Source of the DNA: an uncultured delta proteobacterium
GTDB taxonomy: Bacteria > Desulfobacterota > Desulfuromonadia > Geobacterales > Pseudopelobacteraceae
Reading direction: 5' to 3'
Length of the DNA stretch: 64,000 nt
Assembly (NCBI GenBank): GCA_963772835.1
Contig: CAVYYZ010000024.1
Span: 194,853 to 258,852, forward strand
Numbering within the stretch: position 1 is the first letter of the stretch; every line of letters starts with the position of its first letter. Of the stretch, positions 10,817-23,000 are shown piece after piece. The notes below the pieces were generated by a model that searched no databases, was not told where the DNA came from, and saw only the letters and a program-made list of their open reading frames with translations. Made by a program: the position numbers and the translations under genes.

Positions 10817-11593
10817 TTACCGTAAAACCCGGTAAAATTCCGCCGCATTGCCGTAATAAACCGCCTGTGCCGCCTCGTCTCCCAGCGCTTCTGCCACCAA
10901 CAGAAAATCACGGTCAGCATAGAGGCGCGGTGCACGGGTTGAGGGGAGATCGGTCCCGAACATCAGGGCCTGCGGGTTGGCGGCGTACAGCGCCCGCAGG
11001 GCGGCAGGCACATCAAAATCCACCCGGCCGAAACCGGTGGCCTTGACCCGCACCCCCCGTTCAGCCAACCTCAGCACCGTCCCGAAGCCGCTCTTTGTAA
11101 GCCCTAGGTGGTCGATACTGACCGCCGGAAGAGCGACCATCGTTTCAAACAAATCCTCCAGTTCCCGCGAATCAACATACAGCTCACTGTGCCAGCCGGC
11201 CAGATCATGCACCCGTCGCGCCAGGGCATCAAGATGGCGCACGTCCTCCGACCCGCCCCGTTTGAGATTGAAACGCACCGCCCGCACCCCGGCGCTGTCC
11301 AGGTCAAGGATCTCCCGATCAGAGACGGTTGCCGGCAGCTGCGTCACTCCGACGAAGAGCGGCCCGAGGGTGTGCAGAGCGTCCAACAGATAACTCTGGT
11401 CAAAGGTCTGGAAGGAGCCGGAAACGATTGCGCCTCCCCGCAGGTCATACGCTGAGAGCTGCAGCCGGTAATCGCTGCAGGTCAGATCCTCGGGCAGATA
11501 CCCGTTGTTGGGTATCAGCGGAAAACGATGATCGATGATATGGAAATGGCTGTCAAAGAGAGGGAACCGATCGAGCCGGGCGGTATCAGTCAT
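10817..11593 (-). CDS. Amidohydrolase_2 family protein (2-pyrone-4,6-dicarboxylate hydrolase-like)
   Basis: FDSHFH, GVRAVRFN, IDHLG and FGTDLP motifs. Confidence 0.8.
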   Translation of the reverse strand: MTDTARLDRFPLFDSHFHIIDHRFPLIPNNGYLPEDLTCSDYRLQLSAYDLRGGAIVSGSFQTFDQSYLLDALHTLGPLFVGVTQLPATVSDREILDLDSAGVRAVRFNLKRGGSEDVRHLDALARRVHDLAGWHSELYVDSRELEDLFETMVALPAVSIDHLGLTKSGFGTVLRLAERGVRVKATGFGRVDFDVPAALRALYAANPQALMFGTDLPSTRAPRLYADRDFLLVAEALGDEAAQAVYYGNAAEFYRVLR

Positions 11594-11767
11594 GGGGGGG
11601 AGCCTCCTGAATTCCGGAATGAAACCACGCGGGACGCAGTCGTCTGATTATACCCGTCGCTCTGACTTTGGCAATCGGTATTGTTTTATTGAACGCTTCC
11701 CGCTATTGTACGGTGAAATTATTTCATCGGCATACGTATCCTGTATAATGAAGGATGGAGGGACAGC

Positions 11768-12988
11768 ATGGTTACCTTTGAAGAGGCCCGCTCGATAATT
11801 CTTGATTCTGTACAGACTGTCGGCACGGAACGGATTCACCTTTTGGAGGCGACCGGGAGGATCCTTTCTGAAAATATTGCTGCGCCGTGGGATCTTCCTC
11901 TGTGGGACAATTCGGCCATGGACGGCTATGCCGTGCGAACTGTGGATTGCCAGGCCGTACCATGTCGATTGCGGGTGACCGGGTTTCTGCCGGCCGGCGC
12001 CCGGGCAGAGGGGATTACGGTCGAAGCAGGCTGTGCGGTGCGTATCATGACCGGTGCGCCGACGCCTGACGGCTGCGATGCGGTTGTTCCGGTGGAGGAG
12101 ACCGATGACGGCCAGAACGAAGTCACTCTGCTGGAGCCGGTACAAAAAGGGCAGCATCTCCGCCTGCGTGCTGAAGATGTCGCCGCCGGGACAATTTTCG
12201 TTCGAAACGGCACGTGTATCCGACCGCCGGAAGTCAATATGCTTGCCGGGTTCGGCATGGCCCTGGTTCCGGTGTATCGCCGGCCGATTGTGGCGATTCT
12301 CTCAACCGGCGACGAGCTGGTGGAATTGGGGCGGACCCCGGGGCCGGGAGAAATTATTAACAGCAATACGCTTTCACTTTCCTCCGCCGTTCTGGAATCC
12401 GGCTGCATCCCGCGCATAATAGGAATCGCCCGGGATAACAGGGAAAGCCACCTCGAGAAACTTCGCGAAGGGCTGGCAGCAGATGTTCTGATTACCTCCG
12501 CCGGGGTGTCGGCCGGTGACTGCGATCTGGTGCGGGATATCCTGGAGGAACTTGGCGCGAAGCAGAAATTCTGGAAAGTGGGAATAAAACCGGGCGGTCC
12601 GACAGCCTTTGCCATGTACGGCTCGATACCGGTCTTTTCCCTGCCGGGTAATCCGGTTTCGACCATGATCACCTTTGAGGAGTTTGTGCGTCCGGCTCTG
12701 CTCAAAATGCTGGGAAATATGCTGGTGCTTCGGCCATCCTTCACGGCGATACTGCGGGAGGCGCTGAAGAAAAAACCGGGCAAGGTCCAGATTGTGCGTG
12801 TACGGCTGGAAAAAGAGGGTGCGCACTGGTATGCAACCTCTGCCGGAAACCAGCAGACAGCCATCCTCAAGACCATGGTTGACGCTCAGGCGATCGCCGT
12901 GCTGCCGGCCGGGAGTACCGCTTTTGCTGCCGGTGACGAGGTGGACGTCCACTATTACGGAAATTATATCGAACTGGAGTCGAAATGA
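11768..12988 (+). CDS. moeA: Molybdopterin molybdotransferase MoeA
   Basis: SAMDGYAV, RIMTGAP, STGDEL and LPGNPVS motifs. Confidence 0.95.
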   Translation: MVTFEEARSIILDSVQTVGTERIHLLEATGRILSENIAAPWDLPLWDNSAMDGYAVRTVDCQAVPCRLRVTGFLPAGARAEGITVEAGCAVRIMTGAPTPDGCDAVVPVEETDDGQNEVTLLEPVQKGQHLRLRAEDVAAGTIFVRNGTCIRPPEVNMLAGFGMALVPVYRRPIVAILSTGDELVELGRTPGPGEIINSNTLSLSSAVLESGCIPRIIGIARDNRESHLEKLREGLAADVLITSAGVSAGDCDLVRDILEELGAKQKFWKVGIKPGGPTAFAMYGSIPVFSLPGNPVSTMITFEEFVRPALLKMLGNMLVLRPSFTAILREALKKKPGKVQIVRVRLEKEGAHWYATSAGNQQTAILKTMVDAQAIAVLPAGSTAFAAGDEVDVHYYGNYIELESK

Positions 12989-13836
12989 ACGATTATCTTG
13001 GTGCCCATATGTCCATATCGGGTGGTCTGCACCTGGCCATCGACCGGGCGGTCGCCGCCGGCTGCAATGTTCTGCAGATTTTTACCCGCAACTCCAACCA
13101 GTGGCGGGGGAAGCCGGTCAGCGATGCCGATGTAGAACTTTTTCGCAGTAAATTTGTCGCTTCCGGACTGCGTGAAGTGGTCTCGCATGATATCTATCTG
13201 ATCAATCTCGCTTCCCCCCCGGGAGAGACGCGGGACAAAAGCCTCGCGGCCTTCCGTGACGAGTTGGAAACCTGTGCCCGTCTCGGTATCACTAAGGTTG
13301 TCATGCATCCCGGGTCTCACCTGGCTGATTCACCCCGGACCGGCCTGGAACGCGTGATTGATGCATTTGACCTGCTCTTCAGTGAAGTGCCGCAGTTTGA
13401 GGGGAGGGTGCTGATTGAGACGACAGCCGGTCAGGGAAGTAATCTGGGCAGGACGTTTGATGAACTGGGTGTGATCATTACCGGTTCACGTTTTCCGGAA
13501 AAATTCGGGGTCTGCTTCGACACCTGCCATACGTTCGCTGCAGGATACGATACCGCCAGCGAGGAAGGGTATCGCGATACCATGGAGCAGTTCGACCGCA
13601 TAATAGGCCTGGAGCGGCTGTGCTGTTTCCACCTCAACGACTCCAAAAAAGGGCTCGGTTCACGGGTCGACCGGCATGAGCATATCGGTCTGGGGACTCT
13701 GGGACTCAATCCGTTCCGCTTTATTCTCAATGACCCCCGCTTTGCTGCGGTGCCGAAGATTCTGGAAACCCCCAAGGGAGACAATGATGAGATGGATGCG
13801 GTAAATCTCGGTATTTTGCGCGGATTGATCGCTTGA
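12985..13836 (+). CDS. nfo: Endonuclease IV (AP endonuclease)
   Basis: LGAHMSISGG, HPGSH, ETTAGQG, DTCH, HLNDSK, DRHEHIG and ETP motifs. Confidence 0.95.
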   Translation: MNDYLGAHMSISGGLHLAIDRAVAAGCNVLQIFTRNSNQWRGKPVSDADVELFRSKFVASGLREVVSHDIYLINLASPPGETRDKSLAAFRDELETCARLGITKVVMHPGSHLADSPRTGLERVIDAFDLLFSEVPQFEGRVLIETTAGQGSNLGRTFDELGVIITGSRFPEKFGVCFDTCHTFAAGYDTASEEGYRDTMEQFDRIIGLERLCCFHLNDSKKGLGSRVDRHEHIGLGTLGLNPFRFILNDPRFAAVPKILETPKGDNDEMDAVNLGILRGLIA

Positions 13837-13847
13837 GATGGCGCTGC

Positions 13848-14099
13848 TTATAACCTGTCAAACAGATATTCCAAGCCGTTGACCTTGATTTCGTAGACCG
13901 TGCGCAGCATATCCCCCAACTTTCCCGGTGGAAACCCCTGACCGGCAAACCAGACCACATACGGTTCCGGCAGATCGACCAGAAGACGCCCCCGGTATTT
14001 GCCGAACGGCATGCGGGTCGCCGCCAGCTCAAGCAGTTTCGCATGGTCGAAGACGGGATACTGCTCTTTACTTTCCTCAGTAGAAATCATTTTTTCCAT
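13848..14099 (-). CDS. DUF3820 family protein
   Basis: MPFGKYRGRLLVDLPEPYVVWF...EIKVNGLE. Confidence 0.85.
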   Translation of the reverse strand: MEKMISTEESKEQYPVFDHAKLLELAATRMPFGKYRGRLLVDLPEPYVVWFAGQGFPPGKLGDMLRTVYEIKVNGLEYLFDRL

Positions 14100-14138
14100 T
14101 CCTCAATTACCCAAAGCGGAAACCAAAATAATTTGTTT

Positions 14139-14217
14139 CACGCAACGACGGGACGACGCAACGAAAGGCCTTACGCAATGCTGTATTCTCGATTTTAAAG
14201 CGTTGCGTCGTTGCGTG
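14139..14217. repeat. Intergenic imperfect inverted repeat built from ACGCAACG units
   Basis: CACGCAACGACG...ACGCAACG is mirrored by CGTTGCGTCGTTGCGTG immediately after the uvrA stop. Confidence 0.6.
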
Positions 14218-14225
14218 GTTTTGTC

Positions 14226-17093
14226 TTACAGCATCTTCCGCAGGTACTGCCCGGTGTATGATCTGGTTACTTTGGCGACCTGCTCCGGTGTGCCTGTCGC
14301 GATGATTTCCCCTCCCCGGTCGCCCCCTTCCGGTCCAAGATCAATGATCCAGTCTGCCGTCTTGATCACATCCAGATTATGCTCGATGATCACGATCGTA
14401 TTTCCGGCATGAACGAGCCGCTGGATTACCTCAAGTAATTTGGCAATATCGTGAAAATGCAGACCGGTGGTCGGTTCATCCAGGATGTAAATCGTCCGTC
14501 CGGTGGCGCGTTTGGATAACTCCTTGGCCAGTTTTACCCTTTGGGCTTCACCCCCCGAAAGTGTCGTTGCAGCTTGTCCGAGCTTTATGTAGCCGAGTCC
14601 GACTTCATCCAGTGTGGCCAGCTTGTTTTTGATGCGCGGGATGGCTCCCATGAATTCCAGCCCTTGAGACACGGTCATGTCAAGCACATCGGCAATGGAT
14701 TTCCCTTTGAAATGGACCTCCAGCGTTTCGCGGTTATAGCGGGCACCTTTACAGACTTCGCACTCCACATACACATCCGGCAGAAAGTGCATCTCGATCT
14801 TGATGATGCCGTCACCTGAGCAGGCTTCGCAGCGTCCTCCCTTGACGTTGAATGAGTAGCGGCCGGGCTTATAACCGCGGAGCTTGGACTCCGGAAGGTT
14901 GGAAAAGAGATCGCGGATGTCGCTGAAAACGGCGGTATAGGTGGCCGGATTGGAACGCGGCGTGCGCCCTATCGGGGACTGATCGATGTTGATGACCTTG
15001 TCGAGATGTTCCAGCCCCACAATATCATCCACCGTTCCTGCTTTCTCACGGCTGCGGTACAGACGCTGCCCCAGAACCTTGTGCAGGGTGTCGATGATCA
15101 GCGTCGATTTGCCGGAGCCCGAAACACCGGTTACGCAGGTCATGACGCCGAGTGGAATTTCAACCGTAACGTTCTTCAGGTTGTTCCCGGATGCTCCGAT
15201 GATCCGGAGCACTTTATCCGCTTTGCGCCGTTTCTTCGGCACCGCAATGGAGAGCTCACCCGAAAGGTAGCGACCGGTCAGTGATGCCGGATTTGCCATG
15301 ACTTCAGCCGGAGTCCCCTGTGCCACCACTTCACCGCCATGCACGCCGGCCCCCGGCCCCATGTCGATCAGATGATCTGCTTCCAGAATGGTTTCTTCGT
15401 CGTGCTCCACAACCAGAACGGTGTTGCCGATGTCGCGCAGCCGCTTGAGGGTGCCTAGCAGGCGGGCGTTGTCGCGTTGATGGAGACCGATGGAAGGCTC
15501 GTCAAGAATATAGAGTACTCCGACCAGGCTTGAGCCGATCTGGGTAGCCAGGCGGATGCGCTGCCCCTCACCCCCCGAGAGGGTTCCGGAGGTACGGTCG
15601 AGCGACAGGTAGTCGAGGCCGACATTGACCAGAAACGAGAGCCGTTCGCGAATCTCCTTGAGGATTCGTCGGCCGATCTCCTGCTCCTTGTCCGTCAGCG
15701 TCAGCTCCTCGAAGAAACGGAGACAGTCGCGGATCGAATAGGCCGTCACATCACGGATGGTTTGCTCGCCGACCAGCACATGGAGCGCCTCGGGGCGGAG
15801 ACGGGCTCCCTGGCAGGTCGGGCAGGGCATGATATTCATATACTTTTCCAGCTCTTCGCGGGACGTATCAGATTCGGTCTCCCGCCAGCGACGCTGCAGG
15901 TTGTTCAGCACCCCTTCAAATTCCTTCTGATAGGTATGCCGGCGTTCACCGTCCTCTTCCCACCAGAACTCGATCTTCTTCCCCCCTGAGCCGTTCAGTA
16001 TGACGTCGCGGACAGCTTCGGGCAGGTTCTTGAACGGGGTGCGAATGTCGAACGAGTAGGCTTTGGCGAGTGCGTCAAGAATCAGATGGAACCAGCCGGA
16101 AAGGCGTTTCTCCCACGGGGCGATGGCGCCTTCGCGCAGGGAGAGTTCATGGTTTGGAATCACCAGATCGGCATCGAAATACATCCGGGTGCCGAGCCCG
16201 GTGCAATCCGGGCAGGCGCCATGCGGGTTGTTGAACGAGAACAGGCGCGGGGTGATCTCCTGATATGACAGGCCGCACTCGACACAGGCCAGTTTTTCAG
16301 AGAAGAGCATCTGCTCCGGTTTGGGCACCCTTTTGCTCTTCACCTCGGGAGGCTCATCTGAAGTCACGACCGGAGCGACAGCTTCGACCTTGACAACGCC
16401 TTCGGCATGATGCAGGGCCGTCTCCAGCGAATCGGCCAGGCGGCGCTGTATGCCGTCCTTGATCACGATGCGGTCCACGACGATGTCGATATCATGTTTT
16501 TTCTTCTTGTCCATCTCGATGTCATCGGCCAGTTCCCGCACGGTGCCGTCGAGCACGACCCGGGTAAATCCCTCCTTGCGCAGCTGGTTCAGCTCTTTCT
16601 TGTACTCACCCTTCCGGCCGCGGATCATCGGCGCGAGCAGGGTCAGCTTCGTCCCGGCAGTGAGGAGCATGATCTGGTCAACCATCTGGGAGACGGTCTG
16701 CGAGGTGATCTCCCTGTTGCAGGAAGGACAGTGCGGCCGTCCGACCCGTGCGAACAGCAGACGGAGGTAGTCATAGATCTCGGTGACGGTCCCGACGGTG
16801 GAGCGTGGGTTTTTACTCGTGGTTTTCTGCTCGATGGAGATCGCCGGTGACAGCCCTTCGATTGATTCGACGTCCGGCTTTTCCATCTGCTCCAGGAACT
16901 GGCGGGCGTAGGAAGAGAGCGATTCGACATAGCGGCGCTGTCCCTCGGCATAAATGGTATCAAACGCCAGGGTGGACTTGCCGGAGCCGGAGAGACCGGT
17001 GATGACGACCAGCTGGTCGCGGGGGATTTCGACGTCGATGCACTTGAGGTTGTGCTCGCAGGCGCCTTTAATGATGATTTTGTCGTGTGCCAT
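14226..17093 (-). CDS. uvrA: Excinuclease ABC subunit A
   Basis: Two ABC cassettes ([21 protein letters not shown]) and Zn-finger CxxC motifs; full length at 955 aa. Confidence 0.98.
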   Translation of the reverse strand: MAHDKIIIKGACEHNLKCIDVEIPRDQLVVITGLSGSGKSTLAFDTIYAEGQRRYVESLSSYARQFLEQMEKPDVESIEGLSPAISIEQKTTSKNPRSTVGTVTEIYDYLRLLFARVGRPHCPSCNREITSQTVSQMVDQIMLLTAGTKLTLLAPMIRGRKGEYKKELNQLRKEGFTRVVLDGTVRELADDIEMDKKKKHDIDIVVDRIVIKDGIQRRLADSLETALHHAEGVVKVEAVAPVVTSDEPPEVKSKRVPKPEQMLFSEKLACVECGLSYQEITPRLFSFNNPHGACPDCTGLGTRMYFDADLVIPNHELSLREGAIAPWEKRLSGWFHLILDALAKAYSFDIRTPFKNLPEAVRDVILNGSGGKKIEFWWEEDGERRHTYQKEFEGVLNNLQRRWRETESDTSREELEKYMNIMPCPTCQGARLRPEALHVLVGEQTIRDVTAYSIRDCLRFFEELTLTDKEQEIGRRILKEIRERLSFLVNVGLDYLSLDRTSGTLSGGEGQRIRLATQIGSSLVGVLYILDEPSIGLHQRDNARLLGTLKRLRDIGNTVLVVEHDEETILEADHLIDMGPGAGVHGGEVVAQGTPAEVMANPASLTGRYLSGELSIAVPKKRRKADKVLRIIGASGNNLKNVTVEIPLGVMTCVTGVSGSGKSTLIIDTLHKVLGQRLYRSREKAGTVDDIVGLEHLDKVINIDQSPIGRTPRSNPATYTAVFSDIRDLFSNLPESKLRGYKPGRYSFNVKGGRCEACSGDGIIKIEMHFLPDVYVECEVCKGARYNRETLEVHFKGKSIADVLDMTVSQGLEFMGAIPRIKNKLATLDEVGLGYIKLGQAATTLSGGEAQRVKLAKELSKRATGRTIYILDEPTTGLHFHDIAKLLEVIQRLVHAGNTIVIIEHNLDVIKTADWIIDLGPEGGDRGGEIIATGTPEQVAKVTRSYTGQYLRKML

Positions 17094-17283
17094 GATAATT
17101 CCTTCGATTGCAAAGTGACATTAACATATATCACACATCGGTTTCAGTATGAAGCGACTTTGCAATCCGGATACTGGTCATGTGCAGTCTGCGTCTTTTG
17201 GAGACTTAAAAACCATTGCGCCCCTTTTTTCTCTTCCCCCGTAATCATTCTTGTACCATGATGCACCCAAGGAGAACGTGTAT

Positions 17284-17898
17284 ATGACTTTGCTTTACGC
17301 TCTTGATCTGCTGGGAACCGCCGCTTTTGCCGCCTCCGGTGCACTGGCCGGGGTTCGGCGGGGGATGGATGTATTCGGTGTGCTGGTGCTGGGCCTTGTT
17401 ACCGCCACCGGCGGCGGTACGCTGCGTGACCTGCTGCTGGGAGACACCCCGCCGTTTATCCTCAAAGACGAAACGTACCTCTCTATTTCAATCGTGGTCT
17501 CTCTGCTTGTATTTATATTTCATCGTCGGTTGGAGTTCCTCACTCATCCGTTGGTCTTCTTCGATGCTGTCGGCCTGGGTACTTTTGTGGTGATCGGTAC
17601 CGGCAAGGCTATTGAATTCAGGCTGGGCTTTTTCGGGGCGGTCTTGATGGGAGTGATGACCGCTACCGCCGGCGGTATGATCCGCGACCTGCTTTCTGCC
17701 AAAGTGCCGATGATTCTGCAGAAGGAGGTCTATGCGTCAGCCTGCCTGGCCGGAGGCGCCTTACTCTACCTGATGCAGCTGACTGTCACGCCGCCTTACA
17801 TTACAGCAGTTCTCTCGGCCTCGACCGTAATTGTACTGCGACTGCTGGCTATCAAATACAACTGGTCGCTGCCGCGGGCCGCAGATGCACATGACTAG
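17284..17898 (+). CDS. Trimeric intracellular cation channel (UPF0126/TRIC) family protein
   Basis: Duplicated TATGGG.LRDLL / TATAGGMIRDLL motifs; AAGGAG RBS before 17284. Confidence 0.88.
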   Translation: MTLLYALDLLGTAAFAASGALAGVRRGMDVFGVLVLGLVTATGGGTLRDLLLGDTPPFILKDETYLSISIVVSLLVFIFHRRLEFLTHPLVFFDAVGLGTFVVIGTGKAIEFRLGFFGAVLMGVMTATAGGMIRDLLSAKVPMILQKEVYASACLAGGALLYLMQLTVTPPYITAVLSASTVIVLRLLAIKYNWSLPRAADAHD

Positions 17899-18060
17899 AA
17901 AAACAGGCATGATGGTAATGCGATTAGTCATGATTTGAAATCTGCTGAGATAAAAAACGGATTGAAAATCGCGGCCGAGGTCCATATGCGGATTGCAGCT
18001 TTAAGTACCTTCGAGTCCCGGCCTCCTTGAACATCCCAAAGCCATTTACCTTTTTTGAAT

Positions 18061-18090
18061 TTGACAGAAGGCGGGCCGGTTCGGTATACA
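18061..18090 (+). promoter_or_regulatory. Putative sigma70 promoter for panP
   Basis: TTGACA-N18-TATACA about 100 bp upstream of the ATG. Confidence 0.45.
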
Positions 18091-18186
18091 GAGATATTCG
18101 CTTTTTATCACGGCGCTACATCTCCTGCGGAAACTCATTTTTCGCCAATTTATTCATCCCTTTGAAAAAGCGGTGACATCACTCCC

Positions 18187-19820
18187 ATGCCAAAATCAAG
18201 AGAACTTGCCCAAGCCAATCTGGAGAATATTTACCGGATTTTTACCGTACCGGAAGCTCCCGACTCAACTCTGGGTCGCGTCGATCAGGCCATTTCCGAT
18301 GATCTGATGGGCTTTTTGCAGGATCATATCGTTGCCGTAGAGCGCGACCTCGATGAAATCGAGGGGGATTTTTCCTACTCCCGCATCCCGGAAGAGCCCA
18401 CCTACGTTTCGGATTACACGGAATTCCTCAAGGAAAAACTCGTTTCCCAATCCGTGCATACCGCCTCGCCGGGGTTCATCGGACATATGACCTCAGCCCT
18501 CCCCTACTTCATGCTCCCACTCTCCCGGATTCTGACCGCCCTTAACCAGAATCTGGTCAAGGTGGAAACCTCGCGCGCCTTTACGCCCATGGAGCGGCAG
18601 GTGCTGGCCATGATCCATCGCCTGATCTACAACGGCAGCGACGATTTTTACAGCCAGTGGATTCAGAACAGCAACTACTCACTGGGTGCCTTCTGCTCCG
18701 GAGGCACCATCGCCAACGTCACCGCTCTCTGGGCGGCTCGCAACCGCCTCTGCGGACCCTCGGGCGATTTCAAGGGGATCTCGCGGGAAGGCCTGCGTCA
18801 AGGCGCTTGCAGCATCTGGACTGCCAGGGTCTGGCCGTTCTGGTATCCCGCCGCGGCCATTATTCCCTGGGCAAAGCCGCCGACCTGCTGGGCATCGGAC
18901 GGGATAATCTCGTCGCGGTGGAGACGGACGACAACAACCGCATCGACATGAAGCGGCTTCGGGAACACTGTTCGCGGCTGAAAGGCGAGGGGATCCGTCC
19001 GCTCTGAGCCTGATCGGCATCGCCGGCACCACCGAAACGGGCAACGTCGATCCCCTGGAGGCGCTGGCCGATCTGGCCGCTGAGCTGGGGTGTCACTTCC
19101 ATGTGGATGCCGCCTGGGGCGGGCCGACCCTGTTTTCCGATACCTACCGGGGATTGCTGCGCGGCATCGAACGGGCCGACTCGGTGACCATCGACGCCCA
19201 CAAGCAGCTCTATGTGCCTATGGGTGCCGGCATGGTACTGTTCAAGGACCCCACCACCCTCTCCTCCATCGAACACCACGCCGCCTACATCATCCGCCGG
19301 GGTTCACGGGATCTGGGGAGCCGCACCCTCGAGGGGTCGCGACCCGGCATGGCCATGCTGGTGCACGCCGGCCTCTCCATCATCGGCCGCAAGGGGTATG
19401 AACTGCTCATCGATCAGGGGATCGAGCGCGCCCGCCGCTTCGCCCGGCGCATCGACGCCCATCCCGACTTCGAACTGGTATCCGAGCCTGAGCTTAATAT
19501 TCTCACCTACCGCTACATCCCGGCCTGGGTGCAACAGACCCTGGCCCAGGCTCCGGCGGAGCGGGCGGCTCGCATCAACGAACTGCTCGACAAAATCATT
19601 GAAACCATGCAGAAACGCCAGCGCGAAGCCGGAAAAACCTTCGTCTCCCGCACCAGCCTCGCCCCGGGCCGCTACAACGGCAACACCATTACCGTCTTCC
19701 GCGTGGTTATGGCCAACCCCCTGACCACTGAACAGATACTTGCCAACGTGCTCGACCGAGCAATGCGAGATCGCCGCCCAGACGGACATCCAGGCCGTGC
19801 TGGAGCAGATCAAGGGATAG
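18187..19820 (+). CDS. panP: PLP-dependent aspartate 1-decarboxylase PanP; three apparent frameshifts (~18800, ~19005, ~19757), probably sequencing insertions
   Basis: FIGHMTSALPYF, LNQNLVKVETS, GHYSLGKAADLLGIG, GIAGTTETG, HVDAAWGG and DAHK (PLP lysine) are recovered by changing frame. Confidence 0.8.
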
Positions 19821-20021
19821 GCCCGTCAATGTTGAGTTCTGAAATTTCTGTCGGGTATCTGTCTGGCCCTGGGCCGCGTTTCGGGGTGTCCCGAAGAATG
19901 CATTCATAACGGGATATTTCCGGTGAACCCCGGTAAAAAGGGCGGTAACAGATGCTGCAGTCCCTAAAACCTGGACTTCGGAAGATTCATTAAACGCTTT
20001 CAACGGCCGCAAGAGGATCTT

Positions 20022-23000
20022 ATGACCCGTCGGAAAAAAATATCCCTGATTACCGCCGGCACTGTCACCGTACTGCTTTTGTTCGCCACCTTCATCCTGC
20101 CGCTGATCGTCCGGAGTCAGGCGGTCAAGGCCATTGAAGCGGAGACCGGCCGGAAAGCCCGCATCGAAAAAGTAGTCATCAACCCTCTCACTCTGACAAT
20201 TACCGTTACCGGTCTCGCCATCGACGCACAGGACGGGACACCGTTTATCTCCATTGCGAAGCTGCGGACGTCCCTGGGACTGGCATCTGTCTACCGCCGC
20301 GCGCTGATCCTGTCGGAGATCTCCATTGACTCCCCTTCCGTGACGTTTGCCCGTCTGGGAACCAATACCTACAGCTTTAACGACATCATTGAGCTGCAGA
20401 AGGCAAAGCCCGCGCCGGCGGAAAAGTCAAAAGGGGAATTCCGCTTTTCCGTCAACAGCATCTCCCTGACGAACGGTTCGCTGGATTTCGATGACCAGGC
20501 CGTCAGAGGGGGAAGGAAACATACGATACGGGAGCTGAAGATCGCGCTCCCCTTTATCAGCAACATCCCCTATCTGGTTGAAAAATACACGGATCCTCAT
20601 ATCTCCGCCATTGTTAACGGCGCACCGTTCAGCTTCAACGGCAAGTTCAAGCCGCTCAGCAAATCCATGGAAACCTCCGTACATATTGACCTGAAACAGT
20701 TCAGTCTGCCGAAGTATGTCGCCTATTATCCGGTCGCGCCGCCGGCTGACCTGATATCGGGACGGTTAACCGTCGCTGCCGATGTCACCTACCGCGTTTC
20801 CACGGATAAAAAACCGGAGCTTGGCGTCACGGGAGAGATGATCCTGGACGGGATCGCTGTGGATTTGAAGGGTGGGCAACCGCTTGTCAGACTCCCTCGA
20901 CTCAAGGTGCAGGCGTCTGATATGGAGGTGTTTGCCCGGCGTTTTCTTTTTAACGAAATCTCTGTCGATGGTCTGGAACTGTTTGTAAGCCGCACCCATA
21001 ACGGTGAATGGATGTACGACCGGCTGCTGCCGCATCAACAGGAGTCGGGAAAGAAGAAGGCGGAAACGGTCCCCGCTCCCGCCGCAGTGAAGGAAGAGAA
21101 GCCGCTCCTGCTGCAGGTGTGCCGCGTTCTCCATCAATGACGGCACGGTTCATTTCAGCGACGCCCGGCCATCCGGCGGCTTCAAAACCGAGATCAGCCA
21201 GATAGATGCCACTGTAAAAAATTTCACGACCGCTGTCGACAAGAGCGCCGCGTATGAACTGTCGATGATGCTGGATGACGAGGCGACCCTCAGCGCCGAC
21301 GGGTCGTTCTCGCTCACCCCCCTGAAAGCAACCGTCTCCAGTGAGCTGAGCGGCCTGAAGATACAGCGCGGCTGGCCCTATCTCTCGAGTTTCCTGACCT
21401 CACCGCTCAAGGGGACCGTCGATTTCTCCTCGGAATCGACCTACAGCACGGAGAATGGTCTGGTCGTTGAGCAGGGGAAACTGCTGGTCAGTGGTCTGTC
21501 TGCCCGGTATGGTGACAAAGAGGGGTTTGATCTTTCACGTCTCGAGATCAGCAACGCAGGGTACAGCCAGAAAACACACGCCGTCGATGTCGGTGAAATG
21601 CGGCTCACAAAGGGCTCTCTGTCCCTCTCCCGCGAGGCGGACGGCACAATCTCTCTCCTGTCGCTGGTCCGGAAGCCGCAGGCTGCAGCCGCTCGCGCTC
21701 CCGCTCCCCCCAAATCGACTGGCCTCGCCGAATCGAAACGGAACCCGCCCGCAACGGAGCTCTCGCTCCGGCTCAGGAACTTTGTGGTCGACCGGTTCGA
21801 TACCTCGTTCACCGACAAAACGCTCCGCGAAAAGCCGAACTTTACCCTGACAAAGACATCGTTACGTCTGTCGGATCTTGCCTGGCCCCGGTTCAAACCC
21901 TCGCCACTCCGGTTCTCCTCAACGTTCGACAAGGCTACACCGCTCACGGCGAACGGCACCATCACGCCGCTCCCGCTCCGTTACAAAGGAAGCCTGACGG
22001 TCGGACATCTGCCGCTGCGTGATTTCGAGGCGTATTTCCCGTCCAATATCAATGTCTTTATCCTCGGCGGGCATGCCGATACGAACATGAATGTGGACAT
22101 CTCCCTCAAGGATGGAAAACCGTACGGCAGTTTCAAGGGGAACGCCGGCATTCGCGGATTCCACTCCGTGGATACCGTGGCAGAAGAGGATCTGCTCAAA
22201 TGGGAGAGCCTGCAGCTTGACGATATCCAGGGGACCCTGGAGCCGTTCAGTCTGAACCTGCGTGAGGTCGCACTCAACGGCGTGTATTCACGGATCATCG
22301 TGCGCAAGGATGGTACGCTGAACCTGCAGAATCTGGTCGAAAAGTCGAAGGAAGGGTCAGGCGGCATGCGGGTGGCGGCAGGGACGATACTCCCGGCAGA
22401 CGGATCTGCAGGGAAGGGTGTGCGTGAAAAAACAACCGCTCCGCAACCGCCGCCTCAGGTGCCCGTAGCCCCGCAGCCGAGGAATATTACCATCGGTGCG
22501 GTCACGGTTCAGGACGGCACCATCGCCTTCACCGACAATCACCTGCCGCAGCATTTCGCGACCACCTTCTATAACCTGGGGGGGAGGGTCAGCGGCCTCA
22601 GTTCCGAAGAGTCCAAGTTTGCCGATGTGGACCTGCGCGGCAACCTGGAAAACCACTCGCCGCTCCGGATAACCGGGCAGATCAATCCGCTTCGGGAGGA
22701 TCTGTTCGTGAACCTCAAGATGTCGTTCCGCGATATCGAGCTTTCGCCGATCACCCCGTACACCGGTGCATTCCTCGGTTACACGGTCGAAAAGGGGAAA
22801 CTCTTTCTCGACCTTACCTACCATATCGACAAGAAACAGCTCAATTCAGAAAACAAGGTGTTCATCGACCAGTTTACCTTTGGCCGGAAAGTGGAGAGCG
22901 ACACGGCGACCACTCTGCCGGTCAAACTCGGCCTGGCTCTGCTCAAGGATCGCAACGGGGAAATCCATCTGGATCTGCCGGTCACCGGCCGGACCGATGA

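Noticed and set aside
11926..12876. Long antisense ORF opposite moeA, and similar shadow ORFs (e.g. 8640-9320, 22818-23522, 30537-31367, 51994-52575)
   Set aside because: They overlap well-supported genes on the other strand, are expected in GC-rich DNA and carry no motifs.
17094..17283. LexA box upstream of uvrA
   Set aside because: No convincing match to an SOS-box pattern I could recognise.
18187..19820. panP as a true pseudogene or programmed frameshift
   Set aside because: Catalytic motifs are intact, the shifts are not at slippery sequences, and similar indels occur in unrelated genes.
19900..20020. Possible cyclic-dinucleotide (GEMM) riboswitch in this or the sia leader (24950-25260)
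   Set aside because: I could not find the conserved GEMM core or its two-hairpin layout. An Rfam scan would be needed to exclude it fully.
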